Origin: Porphyridium purpureum
Taxonomy: Eukaryota
Length of the DNA stretch: 55,716 nt
Assembly: GCA_008690995.1 (NCBI GenBank)
Contig: VRMN01000004.1
Location: 1,798,001-1,853,716 of the forward strand
Direction of reading: 5' to 3'
Positions 29,015-41,377 of this stretch are shown piece after piece (position 1 is the first letter of the stretch; each line of letters opens with the position of its first letter). The notes beneath the pieces are model-generated. The model ran no database searches. It saw only the letters and a program-made list of their open reading frames with translations, and had not been told where the DNA came from. Made by a program: the position numbers and the translations under genes.

Positions 29015-32000
29015 GTGAAGCTCAAAGTGTGAGGCTGCTTTTAAACACTGAATGGAGAGTATCGTGGTGGCATCCATGCATGGCTGCCGTTCGCCTGTTT
29101 CAAGCATTTTCGCGCGAGCTTTTCAGTCTCTTCTCTGAAGAGTGCGTGAGATCACGTGCGACCCTGAGCACACGAAATTGACAAGAGAAGTCCGAGAATG
29201 AGAGACAAGATTGTTCGGCACTGAGCACATTAATCTTGGAAGCTCCGACAAGCCCGCTTGTGCCTCCGTGGCTTCCGCACTGCTCCGCATCTTGCGCCAC
29301 GCGCGTGGTTCCAAGCGCGCTCCATAGAACAGGCCTTTGGACGCCGCGTGGTGTCTTCCGCGTCGCCTGGAATCGTCTGCCATGCCCGCAGACGATTTCC
29401 AAAGAGGCGGCAGTCACGCACTTTCCGCCTCTGTGCCGCGTGCGCCGCAGCGCTGCTGCCCAAAAACGTCCACCGTACTTTCGCTGACCGAACTGTACCT
29501 GCATTAAACCGTTTAGATCCGGTTGGAGCCGATAAGCGATACCGGTTCATTTCGGGAAGAAAGTTGCCAGGGCAAGGGGAGCGACATACACGCGGCATAC
29601 ACGCGGCACGCGCGCACGTAGCGCGCGTGACTTTGAGCGTGGGTGCCTCGCAGCATCGCACGTCCGGTGTGGGCGACGTGCCGCACTTCGCGTTGCGTGC
29701 GCAGCCGCGCGGATTCGCTTGGCGCACACTTCTCCTCAATACAGAGCAAAGCTGAAAAGACACGCTGCGCGGAGTTTGTGGTCGATAGCCTCGCAGCTGT
29801 GGCTCGGAACGCGCGTGGCCATGACACAATGGTCACACACGGGCCAGACACGGCCGGGAAAATTTACCGTTCGGGATTGCTGGTGCCAGAGGTCAGGTGT
29901 CGCAAGGTACGTAGTCTCCGTTTGTAAAGTCGTTGAGTTGGGAGCTAAACTCGGCTGAGCTTTGCACTGACGGGCATGCGACCAGCCGGCTCCGAGCACA
30001 AGTTGTGCACGCGCACGCCGAAGTAAATGCGACCAAACAGAAGCTCATCGCGCTGTACAGGAACTGATTCGGCAGCGACAAGGGAATTTATCGCACATGA
30101 AGTTTGGCTGGCAACGGCACGGGCCGTGAAGGATGGTACGCGAGGCAGGATCGCATGAGTGATCGTTTAATGGGTCAGTGAGGAAAGAGGAGCTGTGGTC
30201 ATACATGGAGAAGAGGTGGCCGATGAGTTATGCGCCTCTTCTGTGGAAAGGCTGTGGTGTGACACGTGATCGTAGCGAGCGGACGGAGCACGCAGGAGAT
30301 GGCGGAATAGCAGCGTGGGATTTGCGGACTGCTCGAGTTGCGCGACGACCATAGACCACCTACGCTGGAGAATTTGACTGATCACATGGAACAGCACATT
30401 TATCGGTTCAGGATTCCTATTTGTCGTATGAATTGCTCTGGCTTGGTTGCCGACCCAACTGTATGTCTGGTCCCTACTAAACAGCAGCGCGCACGTGCCC
30501 GCCTTACTGCAAAAGAGAACGATCAATCCACGGCAATCGAAAGTGCGCGAGCAGCCATGCGTTTAACTTGGTCTCCAAACAACGCAACAAACCCACCCAT
30601 TGACCGGAATGGCAAGAAAAGTGATTTTCAAACCAACACTGTGGGCAATTTTCCTTCTGCGCGGTTGCGATAGTTTCTGACCGTACTCCTCAGCAATTGT
30701 ATGCGATGCCTTTCGAATTTTCTTGTCCATGCCCTGTGCAAGAATGAGCGTATTGCTCAAATCAAGGCGATGGACAGCGTTCACATCGGAAGGAAAGCAG
30801 TCACAAAGGTCGACAGAAATATTAACAAGTTTTCCCTTCCACTCACATATGTACCCCATGAGCACATCGGGCCCAAATGATGTGCTGCAGTAGCAACACG
30901 CGCATATCTTGGCGTCAGATTCGTGGCTGGCACCAACGTGGGGATCGCTTTTCTTGAAGCTACGCGACAAACCTGTCAATTTCATGGGATGCGCAAAGCG
31001 GAGTTGGAGCAGACGCGTACAGTATCCACTTTCTTGTACCGCAAAGTAGAGTTCCATGTCGAGCATCCTTATTGTCATCCTCCGCCGACGACGACGCACA
31101 TCGTCACCTACCACATGTGTCTGAAAGTCAGCACCTCGAGCAAGATCAGCGAAAGCTTCTGCTGCCAGGTGCTCCGGGATATAAAATATTGATGAAGGCG
31201 CGCTACAGTTTAGCGTCGTCTCCACGAGCTCCGTAAGAGAATAAGCGACCGCTCGGTTGCTCGCGTTCCCACAGCAAAATACTTGTTCCGAGTGCACCAA
31301 CAAAAGGCCACACATTTGCCACATCATAAAATATCACGTTCAGTGCACTACAATACAACTACAAAAGGTGTGCGCTGGCTCAGGGCTCGGAAGACATCTT
31401 CGTCAGATGCCATCTAGCACGCATGCAGACTGACTGCGGGGTAAATGTGACATTGGATGTCTGCAGCATATCCAGCCAACGACAAGACCCTTCCTACTGG
31501 TGCTTGATGTGCGCGTTGCACAGCGATTTCAAGCGCCTAGGAGTTGACATCAACGACGATCCGGTGCCAGCCCTGATCTACGGCAGCCAGTGCAAACGCT
31601 ACAAGACCGCGCATCACAGGAGTCTACCAAGTTGACAATTTTCTGCGTCTGACTCGCCGCCGCAGAACACGTAGCGTATCGTGTCTGACGCAACAGCTCG
31701 GTACGCAGTCCAGTAAGAGCGGAGAGCTGGACTTACTTGGTAGAGCCGCGCGACTCGGGCATAGTGCCTGCTTGTACGCTCCCTGATTTCGTTTGACCTG
31801 GTGGGCATCAAATGCTTACTCCATAAATTAGGCACATCTAAATCTCCCGTGAAGCTGCGAACAGCACGATGCCGCTGGCGCTGTCTTGGACTGATCCTCC
31901 GACGGCCAAGGTTCTTCTGTTTCCGAGCGCCCGGCCGTGACGCTTGAAACGACTGCTACCTTCTTCAACGGCCAAAGCATCGATTCCCCGCGCCCACATC

Positions 32001-35000
32001 CGCGCCCGAACGCGGCGTTTCAGCGCTCCACTCTGTCCATGCGCCACGCCGCGCGGCACTGACACAACGATGGATCAACGCACGTCATGATTTCCTCACG
32101 TCAAAGCTTTTGACACGACAATGCCCATTCTGGCGTGCACGTCCACTTGACGGTCACGACTAGCTGTGTCACACTGCTGAAATGCGCGACACCGTGGGAC
32201 GCTAACGGTTCACGGCCAAAACCGCATGGCTAAACGGTTTCGCTGTCCACCGCCACACTATACACTACCAAACAGCCATACCGATGAAAAACGGGCGCAT
32301 TTTTATATCGCGCCCGAAACGGCGGCTGGCTGCATCTGCCGCTCACCCGCACAGAATCTGCTCGCGCCGATACCTCGAACGTCTTGGTTCCACGCCTCCG
32401 GATAAACCAGCATCGTCATATTAGAATCTCGTCGTTTACTATGAAGACGTGCGCTGCGCGCGTGCTTAACCCTTACCACTGTACGTGCGGTACAGTGGAA
32501 TACTCGCCGATTCGGTGGTGTTCGGAGCGAGCGCGCGTCGGTGTCGCCTTTCAGGAACGCGGCGTTTTTGCGGGCACTGTCGTGAAATTCGGTAATTGCA
32601 CTGAATTCGGTGAGATAGCCGGATCGTGCCGCCCGGCACTGATGCGTTGTCTCTGTCCAAGTCGAGAGTATCAGTTTTTTGACATAAACGAGTTGTTCGT
32701 CTGTCTCTTTTATCCTTGTACTCTGCCCGAAAACGAGGTTCTACAGTTGCTAAGTACGTTAGTTACCGCTGTATTTATACACGTTCGTTCCGCTCGAGGA
32801 AACCCGGTGCCGGGGAAAACCTCTGCGCCCAAGCGTGCTTTGAAACCTGTGTCCGGGCTGCGCGCCCCCCTTGTGCAAGCCAACGAGCTATTCTCCGGGC
32901 TTGGTGCCCTTCTCCGAAACCGTGCCGTTTTCAGCACGCACTTGCTCGCCCATAGGGCTGCTGGCGTCGCACCGACCGGTCGGAAGGTACAGCCGTTCGG
33001 TCGGTCGAGCTGCATTCGTCACAGAAGCACGTGACGTCTAAATTACTCAGGCGAAACTGAGTCGTTTAAATAGATACGTGTTGGGCCAGTGAGATTCTGA
33101 CTGGAGAACCAGGGAATTGGGGTCTGAGGGTTTAATATGGGCTGACCTCTCTAGAACTTGAAGAGTCTTGACGAAATACTTTTCGACACGAAGGAAGCGA
33201 TTGAGCCATGCGTCGCATCGCGTTGCGCACAGCCATGAGCGCCGCGGCGCGCGTGCGTGCATGGGATGTGGTGGTGGCGAGCTGTCGCGTCTGCATCCCT
33301 GAATGTGCTCGGCGCGTTAGGCGCAATGGCGCCGGCACGGTGCTGCGGGCGCCCGAAGTCCGTGCGCGAATGGTTCTGAAATACGAATCGTAAGCCTGGC
33401 GCTGTTCCGTGTCAACGTGTCGGTGCATCTCCAGCTCGGCCAACTTAAGAGGCTTGCTTATTCAGACTCGACACGATCCTGGCACAACCGCGCAAATTGT
33501 TTCATGATAGTCGTCGTGCGAATGCGCCATTGGCCGCGATGTCGAGAGCGGGTCTGGGTGTCTTGGGAGCGATTCGGAACAAGGCAGACGACTGCCGACC
33601 ATCGTCAGCTTCTCATCATGCGAGTATTCGCGATGCCATACCGGCAGCGCATGTACAGAGCGAGCATCCAAGGCAGCTCCTCAAAGTGCGCATGCCATAG
33701 CACGATGTGGCTGGGTTTGAGCGGTCTGGCGCGCAAGCGCCACCCAACAGCAACGCTGCTGAGTTCAAACCACACCTTTCTGCATCCATGTGGATGCATC
33801 GGCGTGGGTGCGTACACCTACAAGAAATATCGAATGCCGCGGCCGGGTTCCGCGTGGACAAGTATCATGTGGTGGACGCATCGGTCGTCAGCCAATATGC
33901 ACAGATTGCGACCCAAATTCGAACTGAGCTAGAGGAGGTTCTGTTCGGGCTGTGTGGTCGGTTTGTCACGATGCAACTTCCAACGGCAAGCAGTCTCCGA
34001 ATTCGGGTTTATGCTACCCTTGCAAGTGGCTCCGCAAGAGCTCGTGACTTTCGCACACGCTCACGTCGTATTGACCAAACAGGATGCAATCAAGCGGAAC
34101 AAACAGCGGCCTGTCCAGAATGCGCTGCTCGGATACGAGACAGTGGTGACTTTTTTTCTTTGCCGCAGATGAGACGAACACGCGCAAACCAGAACCCAAC
34201 CTACTGAACGAGGCTTCATTGAATGTATCACGAATGGCAGTTCCCCATGGCTGACCATGCGCGTCGTCAGCGTGCGATGCATGTATGAACAAATATCACG
34301 GCAAAGTGAACATTTTCCGTTTCGCGCTGCGCTTGCGCTGTTTCTGTGCCTCGGCGGATCCAGTGAGTTGTCGCGTGGCACTGATATTCTATGTTCACCG
34401 CTTCTTTCCTACAAGCTTGCGTTCCATCGCTTCGACCGCATTTGCCCCTTCAAGAACAATCCACCATTGCGGACGCGGAACGCGTTGCGCACCACCAGCC
34501 CGTCGCCGCGACCGCACGCGCTCGCGACGACGCGTGCTGTTCCGCGAGCCTGAACAGGCCTCTGCAGAACGCGGGCTCGGCCGGACCAGCCTTCCGCGCA
34601 GGCCCCACGTGCGCGACGGATCGACCACGAACACCGACGCCGCGCACCCACCCGCTGCATTCCACACGGCGGCACGTCAGGCACTGCGCCAGGCCGCCCT
34701 CCACCCCACGGCTGCCACTGCAGGGTCGCCGCCGAGACTCCAGTGCACGCCCGCCCACCGCGTTCCACGCTCGCCCACCACAATCTTCGTGCACGTCACA
34801 CGCGCGCTGACCGGATACCGCGCGTCATGCACCGAACGCAGCGTTTTGGCGAGGGGAACCCGCGCGCGTGGAAGCATCCGCAGCGAGCGTTTTTGAGATT
34901 CGCGATTCGCGATTCCCGTCACGCGCACCAGGGAAACGAGCGAGCGCGCGTGCCGATGCCCTGCCGAATCGGCGAATCGCCGCCACCGCAGTGCGCACAA

Positions 35001-35573
35001 CGAACGTGTACAGTGGGTGTTCGGTTGCGGCGTGCGCGCACAGCGCGTTGTGTGGAACGCGCGCGAGTGCAAAAGCGGGAATCGGGGACATGACGGGAGG
35101 TGTGGCGCAGGCCGGTATGAGCCATAGCGTCGTTCGTTTAGTGTTTTTTGGGGGGTGGTTTGGCGATGCGCGTGGTGGACACGTGCAACCGGTGTACGCG
35201 AGGGACAGGCATAAGTCGCGTGATGGATTCACGACGCGCGTGCGTGGCCACGTTGGGTGCTTCCACAACTTGCGCCAGATAGTTGCAACGCGTTGCATGC
35301 ACAGACCAGCGTGCATCAATACGGGTATAAGAATGCGCTGCAGCTCGGCTGGAGCGGGCTGGGTGGGCGTTTATCAATGAAAGAGTGGGCGTGGAGCACT
35401 GCATCGGAAGTGGAGGAGCACGACGCAGAGGTGGCGGCACAGAGCGGCATCGGCGGATAGTCGCTTCTGGGTATATTTGTTGGAAACCTTTGCTGGTCTG
35501 CATTTGCGGGGCTTCCCGCGACGGGCTCGCGCTGCTGCTGATCCGGGCCCGGAGCCAGAGCACGCGGTTGAAA

Positions 35574-38500
35574 ATGGCGCCGATGTCTCCTTTGGCTTGG
35601 GCTCTCTCCATGGCGCTGCTTGCGACCTTGTCTTCGTGGCATTGTGCGGTTGCGCAGGAGTTCTGCCAATGGGTCGAGTTGAACGACCCGTGCGTGGCCG
35701 TGGGGACACTGGCCCTGGTTTTAAACCAAGAAGGGACGATTGCATGCACATCTGTCCCCGCGACATGTCTCAGCGGGTTCCCAGAGTGCGCCTTGCAGCC
35801 CTGCCAGAAATACGTCGAGTCTGAGGAAGCCGAGCAGAACATGGTGCTCGAATTTGAAGATATTTCGGAGGTATCGTTGGAATTTTCTGCACTGCCAGTG
35901 GACGTTGTGGTCGATTACGGCGACGGAACGGTGACGCCGTACATGAGCATGGGGACATTCGTGCACACTTTCAGTGCCCAGGGAAGCCATCGCATCGAAA
36001 TCTCGGGACGCCTGGGTGGAATCAGGTTCACGGACGGTTTGACTGCTGTGGTTTCTTGGGGCGACCTTGGCCTGACCACGTTGAATGCGGCCTTCTCTGG
36101 CATGAGGTCGTTGCAGAGCGTTCCCGCCGGCATTCCGCGCACCGTCACCGATCTGAGCGGCATGTTTGCAGGGTCAAACTTCAACGGAGAAATTGGCTCG
36201 TGGGACGTTTCGAGGGTGACGGATATGAACAGCATGTTTGCGTCTTCAAGCTTCAACGGAGAGATTGGCACGTGGGACGTATCCAGCGTCGCAAATATGG
36301 GTCGAATGTTCGAGTCTTCGTCGTTCAACCAGAATATTGGCGCATGGGATACATCCAGCGTGACAGACATGCGCGATATGTTTGAAGGTGCCAGTGCTTT
36401 CAATCAGGACCTCTCTAATTGGGACGTAAGCCGCGTCGTGTCATGTGACCTTTTTGACACTGGGGCTGGCATGAATTGCGCGTTTTCCCCTGGACCCCTT
36501 GGGCCATGTGATGGAGGATTGACCTGCGAGCGCGTAAAAATGTTGCTCGAGTACGCGTTCGTTTATGAAATATCTTTTCGATTTTCCGTACTGCCGGTTG
36601 ACGTCGTGGTTGATTATGGCGATGGAACAGTGACGGCGTACTCGAGCTTGGGGACGTTTGTGCATACGTACGAGTATCCAGGACTATTTGTGGTTACGAT
36701 CTCGGGAAGCCTCGGTGGAATCGAGATCGGGGACGGTGTAACTCGTGTGCATCGGTGGGGTGACCTCGGCCTGACCACCTTGCGTTGGGCTCTCCACGGT
36801 GTTCAGTCGCTGGAGAGTGTTCCCTTCGACATACCGCGTGCCGTCACAGACTTGAGCAATATGTTTTGGCAGTCAAATTTCAACGGGGAGATTCATACGT
36901 GGGACGTTTCGAGGGTAACGGACATGAACAGCATGTTTGAGCTATCAGGCTTCAATCGAGATATTGGCTCGTGGGACGTATCCAGTGTTACAGACATGAG
37001 AAATATGTTCTTTGGGTCTCCGTTCAATCAGGATATTGGTGCTTGGAACACGTCCAGCGTGACACGCATGGGCGACATGTTCTTTGGGTCTTCTTTCAAC
37101 CAGGATGTTTCTGGTTGGGACGTCAGCAGTGTGACAGACATGGGCAGCATGTTTGGCCAAGCCTATTCTTTCAACCAGGATATTTCTGGTTGGGATGTCA
37201 GCGGTGTGACAGACATGCGCGACATGTTTGAAGGCGCGAGTGCTTTCAGTCAGGACCTTTCCAGCTGGGATGTAGGCCGAGTCCAGAGTTGTAGTGGATT
37301 CGACTCTGGAGCTCCCATGAATTGCGCTTTCACACCCGGGCCCCTTGGTCCGTGTGATGGAGGGTTGACCTGCGAGCTTACAGACATGGTGCTTGATTAC
37401 GAGGACGTGTCTGAGGTATCTTTGGAATTTTCTGCATTGCCTGTGGACATTGTGGTCGATTTCGGCGATGGGACGGTGACGGCGTACGGGAGCACGGGGA
37501 CATTCGTGCACAATTACAATTCTCAAGGAAGCTATCGCGTCGAAATCTCGGGAAGTCTCGGTGGAATCAAGTTCAAGGACGGGTTGGCTGCTGTGGTTTC
37601 GTGGGGCGAGCTTGGCCTGACCACGTTGACTGAGGCTTTCAGGGAGGTCCATACACTGCAGAGTGTCCCCGCCGACATTCCACGTACGGTCACAGATTTG
37701 AGCGCGATGTTTTTAGATTCAAGCTTCAACGGAGAGATTGGTACGTGGGACGTTTCGAGGCTGAGAACCATGGAAGCTATGTTTGAGGAATCATCTTTCA
37801 ACGGAGACATCGGTATCTGGGATGTATCCAGCGTGGCAAACGTGGGTCGAATGTTCAAGGATTCTTCTTTCGATCAGGATATTCGCGCATGGGATACGTC
37901 TAGCGTAACCGATATGAGCGAAATGTTTGCTAGTTCGTATTTCCGGTCTTTCAAGCAAGATCTTTCAGGCTGGAATGTAAGCCAAGTAGTGTCTTGTGAG
38001 CGCTTCAGCTTCAAAACGCAGACGGATTGCGTATTTATGCCTGGGCCCCTTGGTCCGTGTGATGGAGGTTTGAGGTGCGGGCTCTTGAACATGGTTCTCG
38101 AGTACCCGTTTGCCAGTGTAGTAGCTCTGGAATTCTCTGCACCGCCTGTCAACGTTGTGGTCGATTATGGTGATGGCACGGTAACAGCGTACACGAGCGT
38201 TGGGGAATTCGTGCATGGCTTCAATTTTATCACGGATGGTCGTGTGGTCATCTCGGGAAGTTTGGGTGGGATCCGGTTTAGGGACGGCATCAGTTTTGTG
38301 AATTCGTGGGGCGAGCTTGGCCTCACCACGTTGAGTTGGGCCTTCTCTGACATTTATACACTGCAAGATGCTCCCGCCGATATCCCGCGCACCGTCACAG
38401 ATCTGAGCGGAATGTTTTGGAGGTCGAGTAATTTTAACAGAGATCTTGGCCACTGGGACGTATCGAGGGTGACAAACATGGCATTGATGTTCGCGGAGAC

Positions 38501-39998
38501 TTCGTTTGCTGGTGGATCTATCGGCGCATGGGACACCTCCAGCGTGACAGACATGCACGGGATGTTTAAGGACTCTTCGTTTCTTGGAGGAATTGGCACG
38601 TGGAACACGTCCAGCGTGACAAACATGCGCGAAATGTTTAAGAGCGCTTCGTTTAATGAAGATCTTGGCGCATGGGACACCTCCAGCGTGACAGATATGC
38701 GCGAAATGTTCTTCTTTTCTCCCTTCAATGGGGCGATATCTGGCTGGGATGTGAGTAATGTGAGAAACATGGATTTGATGTTTGCAGAGGCTAGTGTTTT
38801 CAATCAGGACCTCTCAGACTGGGACGTAAGCCGAGTCGTGTCATGTGACCTTTTTGACACTGGGGCTGGCATAGACTGCGAGTTCACCCCTGGGCCCCTT
38901 GGTCCGTGTGATGGAGGGTTGACATGCGGGCTTACGGACATGGTGCTTGATTACGAGGACGTGTCTGAGGTATCTTTGGAATTTTCTGCATTGCCTGTGG
39001 ACATTGTGGTCAATTTCGGCGATGGGACGGTGACGGCGTACGGGAGCACGGGGACATTCGTGCACAATTACAATTCTCAAGGAAGCTATCGCGTCGAAAT
39101 CTCGGGAAGTCTCGGTGGAATCAAGTTCAAGGACGGGTTGGCTGCTGTGGTTTCGTGGGGCGAGCTTGGCCTGACCACGTTGACTGAGGCTTTCAGGGAG
39201 GTCCATACACTGCAGAGTGTCCCCGCCGACATTCCACGTACGGTCACAGATTTGAGCGCGATGTTTTTAGATTCAAGCTTCAACGGAGAGATTGGTGCGT
39301 GGGACGTTTCGAAGGTGACAAACATGAACAGCATATTTGTGTATTCAAACTTCAACGGAGAAATTGACTCGTGGGACGTCTCAAGGGTAACAGACATGAA
39401 GTATATGTTTGCGTATTCAAGTTTCAATGGAGAAATTGGTTCGTGGGACGTGTCCAGTGTTGCAGACATGGACTACATGTTTGACTCTAATACTGCTTTC
39501 AGTCGTGACATATCCGGCTGGGACGTGAGCAACGTGAAGACCATGTCCCATATGTTTGTGGACTCATCTTTCAATGGAGACATAGGCAGCTGGGATGTGT
39601 CCAGTGTGGTCAACATGCGGGATATGTTCCGGTTTTCTTCATTCAATCAAGATATTGGCGCATGGAACACGTCCGGCGTGACAAACATGCAGTACATGTT
39701 TGTTGATGCACCGTTTAACCAGAACATTTCAAACTGGGATGTAAGCAGTGTGACAGACATGTCTGGCATATTTTGGGGCGCCGCTTCCTTCAATCAGGAC
39801 ATTTCTAAGTGGAACGTCAGCAGTGTGACAGACATGTCCCGAATGTTTTTTGAGGCCACTTCTTTCAACCAGGATATTTCTTGTTGGGACGTCAGCAGTG
39901 TGACAAATATGATCGCCATGTTTGAGGGTGCCGCTTCTTTTGACCAGGATATCTCTGCCTGGGATGTAGGGAAGTGTCATAAATTGCAGTGCTTTTAA
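35574..39998 (+). CDS. Secreted DUF285/BspA-like repeat surface protein with five [PKD-like + DUF285 repeats + Cys linker] modules; C-terminus frameshifted (restored stop at 40059)
   Basis: Signal peptide MAPMSPLAWALSMALLATLSSWHCAVA. Repeated VD(Y/F)GDG..HT/N...ISG.LGGI.F..G......WG.LG domains. Many WDVSSVTDM..MF..SSFNQDI repeats. C..F...A...C.F.PGPLGPCDGGL.C linkers. Confidence 0.92.
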   Translation: MAPMSPLAWALSMALLATLSSWHCAVAQEFCQWVELNDPCVAVGTLALVLNQEGTIACTSVPATCLSGFPECALQPCQKYVESEEAEQNMVLEFEDISEVSLEFSALPVDVVVDYGDGTVTPYMSMGTFVHTFSAQGSHRIEISGRLGGIRFTDGLTAVVSWGDLGLTTLNAAFSGMRSLQSVPAGIPRTVTDLSGMFAGSNFNGEIGSWDVSRVTDMNSMFASSSFNGEIGTWDVSSVANMGRMFESSSFNQNIGAWDTSSVTDMRDMFEGASAFNQDLSNWDVSRVVSCDLFDTGAGMNCAFSPGPLGPCDGGLTCERVKMLLEYAFVYEISFRFSVLPVDVVVDYGDGTVTAYSSLGTFVHTYEYPGLFVVTISGSLGGIEIGDGVTRVHRWGDLGLTTLRWALHGVQSLESVPFDIPRAVTDLSNMFWQSNFNGEIHTWDVSRVTDMNSMFELSGFNRDIGSWDVSSVTDMRNMFFGSPFNQDIGAWNTSSVTRMGDMFFGSSFNQDVSGWDVSSVTDMGSMFGQAYSFNQDISGWDVSGVTDMRDMFEGASAFSQDLSSWDVGRVQSCSGFDSGAPMNCAFTPGPLGPCDGGLTCELTDMVLDYEDVSEVSLEFSALPVDIVVDFGDGTVTAYGSTGTFVHNYNSQGSYRVEISGSLGGIKFKDGLAAVVSWGELGLTTLTEAFREVHTLQSVPADIPRTVTDLSAMFLDSSFNGEIGTWDVSRLRTMEAMFEESSFNGDIGIWDVSSVANVGRMFKDSSFDQDIRAWDTSSVTDMSEMFASSYFRSFKQDLSGWNVSQVVSCERFSFKTQTDCVFMPGPLGPCDGGLRCGLLNMVLEYPFASVVALEFSAPPVNVVVDYGDGTVTAYTSVGEFVHGFNFITDGRVVISGSLGGIRFRDGISFVNSWGELGLTTLSWAFSDIYTLQDAPADIPRTVTDLSGMFWRSSNFNRDLGHWDVSRVTNMALMFAETSFAGGSIGAWDTSSVTDMHGMFKDSSFLGGIGTWNTSSVTNMREMFKSASFNEDLGAWDTSSVTDMREMFFFSPFNGAISGWDVSNVRNMDLMFAEASVFNQDLSDWDVSRVVSCDLFDTGAGIDCEFTPGPLGPCDGGLTCGLTDMVLDYEDVSEVSLEFSALPVDIVVNFGDGTVTAYGSTGTFVHNYNSQGSYRVEISGSLGGIKFKDGLAAVVSWGELGLTTLTEAFREVHTLQSVPADIPRTVTDLSAMFLDSSFNGEIGAWDVSKVTNMNSIFVYSNFNGEIDSWDVSRVTDMKYMFAYSSFNGEIGSWDVSSVADMDYMFDSNTAFSRDISGWDVSNVKTMSHMFVDSSFNGDIGSWDVSSVVNMRDMFRFSSFNQDIGAWNTSGVTNMQYMFVDAPFNQNISNWDVSSVTDMSGIFWGAASFNQDISKWNVSSVTDMSRMFFEATSFNQDISCWDVSSVTNMIAMFEGAASFDQDISAWDVGKCHKLQCF
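37338..37758 (+). repeat. Internal duplication copy 1 (start of module 3 of the DUF285 gene)
   Basis: Nearly identical to 38892-39312 (offset 1554 bp). Confidence 0.92.
38892..39312 (+). repeat. Internal duplication copy 2 (start of module 5 of the DUF285 gene)
   Basis: Nearly identical to 37338-37758. Confidence 0.92.
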
Positions 39999-40225
39999 TA
40001 TCGGTTCTCCGCTGACATGCGACTTTTCGGCGAATTGCGCGACAATCACGTGCGCTTGAGCTCGCGGTGACAGGTCGACGGCATTTCGCCATGACGATCT
40101 GGTGGCAATTCCCGACGGAGACGTCGTGCACGATTGTGGAGTTGTGGGGCTTTGTCAGTGTTCCAGAGTCCATCGTGAAGATGTGTTTGTTTTCCGTGGT
40201 GACAAGCGTTTAGCAAGTGGGTCGC

Positions 40226-40282
40226 GCCTGAAAGGGGTACCGAGCCTGAAAGGTGTACCGAGCCTGAAAGGTGTACCGAGCC
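40226..40282 (+). repeat. 18-bp tandem repeat GCCTGAAAGG(G/T)GTACCGA x3
   Basis: Read directly. Confidence 0.9.
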
Positions 40283-41377
40283 GGCACGCTCACATCGTCG
40301 CACAATTAACGCGCACTTGTGCCTCTTTCTCTTGCTAGAGGGAACACACCATGGAGGGAGATGGCTAGGATACGATATCCAAGGTCGCAAGCAGAGACGA
40401 CCAGAGTCCCAATGTAACTGTGCATTTATTCTGTGTAGAGCTGGGCTGGCACATCGTGGCGCGAGCGGTGTTTGCTAACTTTGCGACAAACTGATGCGCA
40501 TCTCAAAGAAGGCGTGTGCGTGCGTGTTTGTGTGGATCGAAACGTGGATCAACCTTGGAAGGGCGTATGAGATCACATGCGCCCCTGTGCACTTTAAACT
40601 GACCAAGTAGACACGATAAATGAGAGACTCAGTAGCATTCACAAGAACACCTTACTACAACACCTCTGAAGAGCCTCTGCATCTAAGCTAGGTCCTTAAT
40701 CGCGTGCGGCTTCCGTGCTGCCCTGCATTCTGTACCACACCTTAAGGGCAAAGACCATCACTGCCCCTTCGATTTCAGATGTCACCTGACCGCCTCCTTC
40801 GGTCCTGAAATCGTCCACAGTGCTTGTGGACGTCCCGCAAAGTGGCGGTCGCGCCGTGCCACACCGTGCCACCTTGGCCTACGCGTGCACTCCAATGTCG
40901 CGGTGCCGGCGTATGCTGACACTGGACACCCGACGGGCGGGTGTACACTGTACCGCGCGGTACAGTGCTGCGCGTGTCCGCTGGCCGGCTGCGCGTCCAG
41001 GCGGGCAGGCGAGGATGCACCCCGGGTCCCTTCCACGTCAACCGCTGCTGCGTGTGGGTTGTTGGTAACGATGCTCGTGAAGTGGGAAGTGAGCGTGTCA
41101 GGGAGAGCGAGATTGACCGGATGGGTGGGATTGGTGGTATGGGTGGGATTGGTGGTATCCGTGCGATTGGTAGAAAAGGTGGGAGTGGTGAGATTGACGG
41201 GATGGCTGGGTTTGTGGGATGGGAAGAGGAGGAATGAGGGAAAGAGGAGACTGACGTTGGTCGGAGAAGACAGGTTGAGGAGCACGACGGCTGCGCGGGG
41301 CGTTGGGGTCTGGGGGTCTACGAGGGGTGGGCGTGTTTGTGTCTGTGCAGAGGATGCGGCGGGGACGACGTGCAGGC

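Noticed and set aside
30167..32065. Minus-strand ORF 30563-31327 (254 aa) and neighbours
   Set aside because: No family motif, and the flanking frames are fragmented. I cannot support it as a gene without a homology search.
32384..35380. Many overlapping Arg/Ala/Cys-rich ORFs on both strands
   Set aside because: Expected by chance in GC-rich, stop-poor intergenic DNA; no domain evidence.
35385..35573. 63-codon N-terminal extension of the DUF285 ORF (and similar non-ATG extensions of SBPase, VPS11, trypsin-Hint and the GTPase)
   Set aside because: These start at GTG/TTG in the ORF track. In a eukaryote the first ATG is more plausible, and for DUF285 it is directly followed by a signal peptide.
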